From: Kofleriaceae bacterium
GTDB lineage: Bacteria; Myxococcota_A; Polyangia; Haliangiales; Haliangiaceae
Length of the DNA stretch: 64,000 nucleotides
NCBI GenBank assembly: GCA_046597055.1
Contig: JBKJLC010000180.1
Span: 1-64,000 of the forward strand
Direction of reading: 5' to 3'
Shown piece by piece: positions 56,560 to 64,000 of the stretch. How positions within the stretch are numbered: position 1 is the first letter of the stretch; every line of letters starts with the position of its first letter. The position numbers were made by a program, and so were the translations under genes. Below the pieces are notes generated by a model. That model was not told where the DNA came from and did no database searches. It worked only from the letters and a program-made list of their open reading frames with translations.

Positions 56560-58431
56560 CTACTTGCGCCGGCGTACGTAGTAGTGGACGCCGTGCTGCG
56601 GGTGGGCGAGGCGGATCGCGAACTCGCGCTTGCCGACCACCTCGAGGTTGACGCGAAATCGACCGGCCGCGTCGGTCGGGACCGCCACGCCGTCGACCGC
56701 GACGGTCCAACCTTCGACCGTGACGCCGGCCACGGCGACGCTGTCGCCCCACACCGCGCCCGGCGCCGGTGACCAGATCTGCGCGGTCGGCGCCGCGTTG
56801 TCGAACGCGATCCGGACCACCGTGCGCGGCGAGGTGCGCGCGCCGCCGGTCATCCACATCTCATGTCGGCCCTCCGCGATCTCGCCGGCCGCAAGCTCGA
56901 CCGAGGCGCCACCCGCGAACGTGCGTTCCCCGCGGGCGCTCGCGACGTGGAGCACGCCGCCGGAGCTCGGCGCGCCCGACCACCGCACGGTCACCGCCGG
57001 AAGCCGGTTCTGGTACCCGATCGAGTAGTTGCGGCCGTCGAGGTCGACCTGGTTGATCTTGCTGCGCGCGGCGTCCTTCACGATCGGCGCGGCCCCGGTG
57101 TCGCCGCGCACCGCGATCGAACCCTGCTTGGCGGTCTTGCCGTCGGTGCACCGCAGCCGGTAGCGAACGCCGCTGGCTCCGACGAAGAACGCGGCGACGC
57201 CGCCGCCACCGAACCGCCGCGGATCGCCGAAGCTGCCACGGGCATCGGCGAGCTCGAGCGCACCCTCGCCGGCGCAGGCGGTGCCGAACCCGACCTTCAC
57301 CGCCACCCGGCGCGACGGGTCGTGGATCGTCGCGCTCTCGCCGAGCGCCAGCTCGACATCGGTCGTGGTCGGGACTGGATCGCGGACCTCGACGCTGCCA
57401 TCGGCCTTGACCAGGCCGGTCTCCCCGACGCGCACGACCGCCTCGCCGCGCCGCCCGGTGAGCCCGGCCTCGCCGCGCTCGACCCGGACCCGCGCCACCG
57501 CGCGCGTGATGGCGACGGCGGCCTCGCCACCGCGGGTGACGATCACGCCACCGGGGACCGCCAGCGCCAGCTCGCCGCCGCGAGCAACCACGCGCACGGT
57601 GCCGCTGCGGGCGGTCGCCACCGGGCCGTCGGCGGTGCCGAGGTCGAGCTCGGCTGGTCCGGTCACGGTCGCGCGATCCGCGCCGCGCGCGAGCTCGAGC
57701 GTCGCGCCGCGCGGCAGCTTCACGGTCTCGCCGGGCGCGAGCGTCGCCGGCCCGGCGGGGAGCGTGCGCCACGGGCCGGTCCCGACCCGCGCGGTGACGC
57801 CCTTGCCCTTCACGTGCGCCGTCGCGGTGGTGACCGCGGCGGGCGGGGGCGCCGCGTCGACGATCGGGGGCGGCGCCGGCCCCGGCGCGACCGGCTCGAT
57901 GCGCTCGATGATGGCGCCGCCGATCGCCACCACCAGCCCCTGGCCGCCGCCGAGCGGGATCGGCCCGTCGACGCCCATGATCACGGCGCGCCCGACGGTG
58001 ACCTGGAAGCGCAACCCGCCGGGCCCGCGCTCGGCGCGCAGGCGGCCGCCCGGCTCGACCTGCGCCGGCCCGGCCTCGGTCTCGATCGTGAACGCCAGCT
58101 CCTCGGCCTCGGCCTCGCCGACCTCGAGGCGCGCGCCGCCGGCCGCGAACCGGAGCAGCGTGTCGGCGCCCATCCGCACCACGCCCCCGCCGCGCACCCG
58201 CAGCCGCGCCCACGCGGCGCTGCCGGTACGGACGGCATCGCCGACCACGAACGGCTGCCCATGCGGCGCCGCCGCCCACGCGCCGGCGTGCTCGCGCTCG
58301 ACCGTGCCCTGCCCCTCGACCAGCTCGGCGACCGGCGCCACCGCCGACGTCCCGCAGCCGACCAGCGCCACCACGATCGCCAGCGCGCCGCGGGCGACCG
58401 GGCGCTGCCACCGGCCGACCGGACAACTCAC
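56560..58431 (-). CDS. FecR-domain lipoprotein with C-terminal Ig-like segments
   Basis: GTG start overlaps the upstream stop. LVGC, GDAVRTGSAAWARL..VRMGADT and a second FecR-like repeat (RVRVERGEA). Confidence 0.78.
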   Translation of the reverse strand: MSCPVGRWQRPVARGALAIVVALVGCGTSAVAPVAELVEGQGTVEREHAGAWAAAPHGQPFVVGDAVRTGSAAWARLRVRGGGVVRMGADTLLRFAAGGARLEVGEAEAEELAFTIETEAGPAQVEPGGRLRAERGPGGLRFQVTVGRAVIMGVDGPIPLGGGQGLVVAIGGAIIERIEPVAPGPAPPPIVDAAPPPAAVTTATAHVKGKGVTARVGTGPWRTLPAGPATLAPGETVKLPRGATLELARGADRATVTGPAELDLGTADGPVATARSGTVRVVARGGELALAVPGGVIVTRGGEAAVAITRAVARVRVERGEAGLTGRRGEAVVRVGETGLVKADGSVEVRDPVPTTTDVELALGESATIHDPSRRVAVKVGFGTACAGEGALELADARGSFGDPRRFGGGGVAAFFVGASGVRYRLRCTDGKTAKQGSIAVRGDTGAAPIVKDAARSKINQVDLDGRNYSIGYQNRLPAVTVRWSGAPSSGGVLHVASARGERTFAGGASVELAAGEIAEGRHEMWMTGGARTSPRTVVRIAFDNAAPTAQIWSPAPGAVWGDSVAVAGVTVEGWTVAVDGVAVPTDAAGRFRVNLEVVGKREFAIRLAHPQHGVHYYVRRRK

Positions 58432-59878
58432 CGCGACTTCTTTTGCAGGTCGATGTTGCGCACGTCGACGTCCTTTTCGCCCAGCTTGAACGTGCGCGTC
58501 TGCGACACGTAGCCTTCCATCGAAACGACCACCTGGTAGGTGCCGGGCGCGACCTCGACCGAGAAGGTGCCGTCTGCGGCGGCGGTGAGCACGCGCGCAC
58601 CGGGCTCGATGCGCACCGTCGCCGGCAGGCCGGTGCCCTTGAACGAGCGGATCAGGAGGCGGATCTCGGCCGCGGGTGGCAGCGGCGGCAGCGTGACCTC
58701 GACCGCGGCCTCGCCGCCCGCGCTGACCGCGACCGTGCGCGGCTCGGGCGGCCGGCCGGCGGCCTCGACCACGACCTCGACCTCGCCCGGCTCGACCCGA
58801 TCGAACACGAACCGGCCGTCGGCGTCGGTGGTGACCTCGCGCGCACCGAGCCGCACGGTCGCGCCCACCACCGGCGCGCCGTCGGCGTCGGTGACCCGGC
58901 CGCGCACGGCCCCGACCGTCGGGGCCGACGGCACCACCGCGCGGGGCGGCGCGGCCTCGACCGGGGCCTCGATCGCGCGCGGGCGGGCGGCGGGACCGGC
59001 GGCGCGCGGTCGCCACGACAGCCCGACCACCGCGCTCGCCCGCGGCTCGACCGCGACCAGCGGATCGCCCGACGACGTGCCCGGGCGCCGTCCCGGCGAC
59101 AGCTCGACCAGCGCCTCCACCTGCAGGACGTCGCCGAGCGCGCGGCGCACGCCCACGCCGATCCGCAGTGGCGACGCCAGCACCTCGGGCGAATACTCGC
59201 CGACCAGGAGGTCCCAGCTCGCCTCGCCGAGCAGCTGCCAGCGGCCGCGCCGGTGACTGACGCCGGCACCGAGCAGCACCGCGTCGAACTGCGACAGGCC
59301 GAGCGCGAGCCGGTCGGGATCGCTCAGCAGGTGCGGCTCGGGGAACGACGCGGCCGAGCGATCGATCCGGTAACCCCCGGTGGCGGTCACCGCGGTGCCG
59401 CCGCGCGACCAGGTCAGCACCGCGGCCAGCTCGAACGTCATCGCGTCGAGTTCGATCGAAGACAGCGAGTTGCCGGGCAGCCAGGCGCCGGCGCGCGCGC
59501 CCAGCCAGGTGCCGGGCGCGACCCGGCCGCCGCCGCTCGCCCACAGCCGCGGCTCGCCGATCCAGCCGTCGTCGGCGACCCAGCCGGCATGGCGGTCGTA
59601 GCGACCGGCGAGCAGCCCGCCCAGCTCGAGCCAGCCGAGCGGCCGGCCCGCGAGCGCCAGCGTCCCCGACAGCCGATGGTGCGCGTCGTCCTGATCGAGG
59701 ACGTCCTCGGTGTAGCCGTAGCCGGTGGTGGCGGCGACCACGAGCGCGGGTCCGGGCCCGACCGCGCGCACCCGTCCCACCGCGGGCATCCCGCCGTCGG
59801 CACGGGCCAGCCCGGCCGCGGCCACGACCAGCAGGAGCGCCAGGGCGATGACGCCATCGCGCCGGGCTGACGACGGGT

Positions 59879-59882
<4 letters not shown>
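58428..59882 (-). CDS. Exported protein with beta-barrel-like N-terminus and carboxypeptidase-regulatory-like domains
   Basis: Signal peptide, VRGRVTDADGAPVVGATV..TTDADGRF and ADGTFSVEVAPGTY. Confidence 0.82.
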
Positions 59883-61735
<1,853 letters not shown>

Positions 61736-61936
61736 GTCGCCCGCGCAGCATACCGTCGGATCGCGGCTCACCGCGACCCCGCGGTGACCGGTGCCGTCAT
61801 TTCCCGCTCGATGTAAGCGCGTGATCGATCGCGGGTGCCCGCTCACCGGGCGAACCCGCTCACCCGACGCGCCCTGCCAGCTTTCACCCCCAGTTGCCGT
61901 CACCCGGTGCGCGGCTCGGCCAGTATGCTCGCGAGC

Positions 61937-62443
61937 ATGATGCGGCACGGCTCGATGGTGGCGTTGCTGTTGCTGGTGGGATGTCGCGCCGACTACGACG
62001 CGAGGGAGCGCGGCGACGACACCGGTCCCGACGGCTCGGTCGACGCGTCCGACGCGCCGACCGACGCCGAGATCGATACTCCGGTGCCGCTGTTCTGTCC
62101 CCAGGGCCTGCTGGAGATCATCTCGATGCCCGCCGCCTGCATCGAGAAGGACGAGCACGGCTTGGCCGACCACACCGACGCGACCGCGGCCTGCGCGGCG
62201 CTCGGGCTGCGCCTGTGCACCGGCGTCGAGTGGGTCGCCGCCTGCGGCGACGGCACCGAGGTCAAGGAGATGTTCAACGACGTCGACGGCACCGAGCCCC
62301 GGTGGGAGTGGGTCAGCGATCTGATCGAGCCCGACAGCGCCTACAAGCGCGGCGAGCGCTCCTGCGACCACGTCTCTTCATTTCTCCGCGTGGGCCCCAC
62401 GTACGACTACCGCTGCTGCGCGGACAAGCGACCGGCGCCCTGA
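61937..62443 (+). CDS. Small Cys-rich lipoprotein, FGE/sulfatase-modifying-like fold
   Basis: LVGC lipobox, CIEKDE, ACAALGLRLCTGVEWVAAC, WEWV and YRCC. Confidence 0.75.
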   Translation: MMRHGSMVALLLLVGCRADYDARERGDDTGPDGSVDASDAPTDAEIDTPVPLFCPQGLLEIISMPAACIEKDEHGLADHTDATAACAALGLRLCTGVEWVAACGDGTEVKEMFNDVDGTEPRWEWVSDLIEPDSAYKRGERSCDHVSSFLRVGPTYDYRCCADKRPAP

Positions 62444-62455
62444 TCGGCGGCGCGC

Positions 62456-63595
62456 TCAGTGCGCGTGGCCGTGGTGCGAGTGGTCCACGGCGGGCGCCGA
62501 CGGATCGCCGATGACCGGGAAGCCCTGCTGCTTCCAGAACAGAACACCCTCGTCGAGCACCGCGGTGTTCTTGTAACCGCGCTTGCGCAACTCGTCCACG
62601 ATGATACCCGACGCGTGGTGCGGGCACGCGCAGTACGCGATGACCCAGGTGCCATCGTTGGGGATGCGATCGAGCGCGCCCAGCTCGTAGTACGGGATCG
62701 AGATCGCACCCGGGATGCGCTCGCGTACCCAGTCCGACGGCGCCCGCGCGTCGACGATCACCATCTTGCGCTTCTCGGCGACCGCCTTGGCGATCTGCGC
62801 AGCGGCGACGAACCGGTCCTCGCGCATCGTGAACCGGGGCGGCTTGCCCTTGGGGTTCATCACGATCGGACCGCCGTCGGGCACCGGGCCCGGCGCCGGC
62901 GCGGCCGGCGGCACCGCGGGGACGGTCGCCATGCCGCGGACGAACGCGACCACGTCGTCGATCTGCGCGTCGGTGAGCTTGCCGGCGAACGCCTCCATCG
63001 GCGTGCCGGGGCGGCCGCTCACGATCGCGTAGCGAATGAAGGGGTCGCTCGCGAGCGCGAGGAAGGTCGGGTTGGCCAGGTGCGGCGCGGTGCTGCGGGT
63101 GGTGGCGTCGCCATGGCACTTCTGACAGCTGGCGGCGTAGACCGCCGCGCCGCGCGCCGCGACCCCGCCGACCGACGGCGCCAGCGGCTTCGACGCGGGC
63201 CCGCCCTGGCGGTAGAACGCGATCAGGTCGGTGATGTCGCGATCGCTGAGCGGACCGCCAAGATCCTTGCCGTAGCCCGCCATCGGCGTGCCCGGGCGAC
63301 CGAGCTCGATGCTGCGCGCCAGGAAGGTGTCGTCGGCCGACGCCAGGAACGTCGAGCTCACCATCGACGGCGCGTTGTCGGCGGCGTAGCCGCGGGCGTC
63401 CTTGCCGTGGCACAGCGCGCAGTAGCGAAGGTGGAGCTCGGCGCCGCGTGCGACCCGGGGATCGCCCGCGTCGGAGGTCGCGGCGACCGCAGGCCCGGCA
63501 TCACGGGTGGGTGCGGGACCCGGTGCGCCATCCGAGCGCGAGCCACCACAGGCGGCGAGGCCGACGAGCAAGACGACGAGGTACGACGATCTCAC
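62456..63595 (-). CDS. Di-heme cytochrome c - rhodanese fusion lipoprotein
   Basis: LAAC lipobox, CALCH..GRPGTPM, CQKCH..GRPGTPM, IVDAR..IPGAISIP, YCACPHHAS and His-rich tail. Confidence 0.9.
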   Translation of the reverse strand: MRSSYLVVLLVGLAACGGSRSDGAPGPAPTRDAGPAVAATSDAGDPRVARGAELHLRYCALCHGKDARGYAADNAPSMVSSTFLASADDTFLARSIELGRPGTPMAGYGKDLGGPLSDRDITDLIAFYRQGGPASKPLAPSVGGVAARGAAVYAASCQKCHGDATTRSTAPHLANPTFLALASDPFIRYAIVSGRPGTPMEAFAGKLTDAQIDDVVAFVRGMATVPAVPPAAPAPGPVPDGGPIVMNPKGKPPRFTMREDRFVAAAQIAKAVAEKRKMVIVDARAPSDWVRERIPGAISIPYYELGALDRIPNDGTWVIAYCACPHHASGIIVDELRKRGYKNTAVLDEGVLFWKQQGFPVIGDPSAPAVDHSHHGHAH

Positions 63596-63753
63596 CGGCG
63601 CATCTTGCCTCGACCTGGGTCGCGGCGCACGTGGCGGGATCCGACGTTCACAGGTCGGTCGATGTCGCCAGATCCGGCACCGGCGCCGCCTGGCCCGACC
63701 GGGTCACCACCGGGTTCTCCCCACTTGCCCCGCACCGCGGCCGGCTTCCGGCG

Positions 63754-63769
63754 TGGCACGCGACTTGGA
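63754..63769 (+). promoter_or_regulatory. Putative sigma54 promoter
   Basis: TGGCACG-CGAC-TTGGA lies about 40 nt before the ATG at 63809. Confidence 0.55.
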
Positions 63770-63808
63770 TTGTGGTCTCCCGTCCGCCGTCGCCAAGGAG
63801 CCTCTTCT

Positions 63809-64000
63809 ATGTTCGCCACAGTCCGCACCGCCCTCGCCGCCACCGTCGCCCTCGGGCTCACCACCACGCTCGCCGTCACCGCCTCGGCCCAGAGCGGCCC
63901 ACCCGGCGCATGCGACTGCGATGCCCCGCCACCGGTGGTCCTGGTCGCCCCCGCCCCCGCCCCCGCGCTGCCGCGCTGGGGCATCGGCCTCCGGCTCGGC
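63809..64000 (+). CDS. Exported (probable outer-membrane) protein, 5' part; runs off the right edge
   Basis: AAGGAG RBS, MFATVRTALAATVALGLTTTLAVTASAQ signal peptide, then RWGIGLRLG. Confidence 0.75.
   Translation, partial: MFATVRTALAATVALGLTTTLAVTASAQSGPPGACDCDAPPPVVLVAPAPAPALPRWGIGLRLG

Overview
This is a high-GC bacterial window. Ser/Thr kinases, an FHA-sigma54 activator, PEGA, DUF4388 and AgmX-like proteins and many lipoproteins suggest Myxococcota, possibly Kofleriaceae/Haliangiales (inference). Left to right it holds: (1) the 3' end of an aromatic amino-acid lyase, a repeat-rich spacer, and two RluA-family paralogues on either side of an FHA-sigma54 regulator; (2) a ~23 kb iron/heme-acquisition island (5.2-28.6 kb) marked by five Fur-box-like palindromes, containing TBDR-HmuY-exported CbiX-like chelatase, imelysin-DHOR-imelysin-HTTM-barrel, imelysin-HTTM-FecA-like TBDR and a Delta-60 lipoprotein, interrupted by a DUF4157 polymorphic-toxin/immunity-like cassette and a PhoD remnant; (3) housekeeping and signalling genes (SppA, cNMP, SCP2, antiporter, dual kinase, response regulator, transglutaminase, MFS-HEAT-cNMP); (4) an AbiE toxin-antitoxin pair with a broken toxin; (5) a sigma54-preceded cytochrome c/DUF1501-like cluster, a kinase-FecR operon and a cytochrome c-rhodanese fusion. 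The most striking signal is absent from the ORF track: a 181-codon lipoprotein frame (51124-50579, minus strand) split by one in-frame TGA, followed 11 nt later by a SECIS-like hairpin, which makes it a candidate new selenoprotein. All family assignments come from motif recognition by eye; no database search was run. No rRNA, tRNA, CRISPR array or transposase was recognised.
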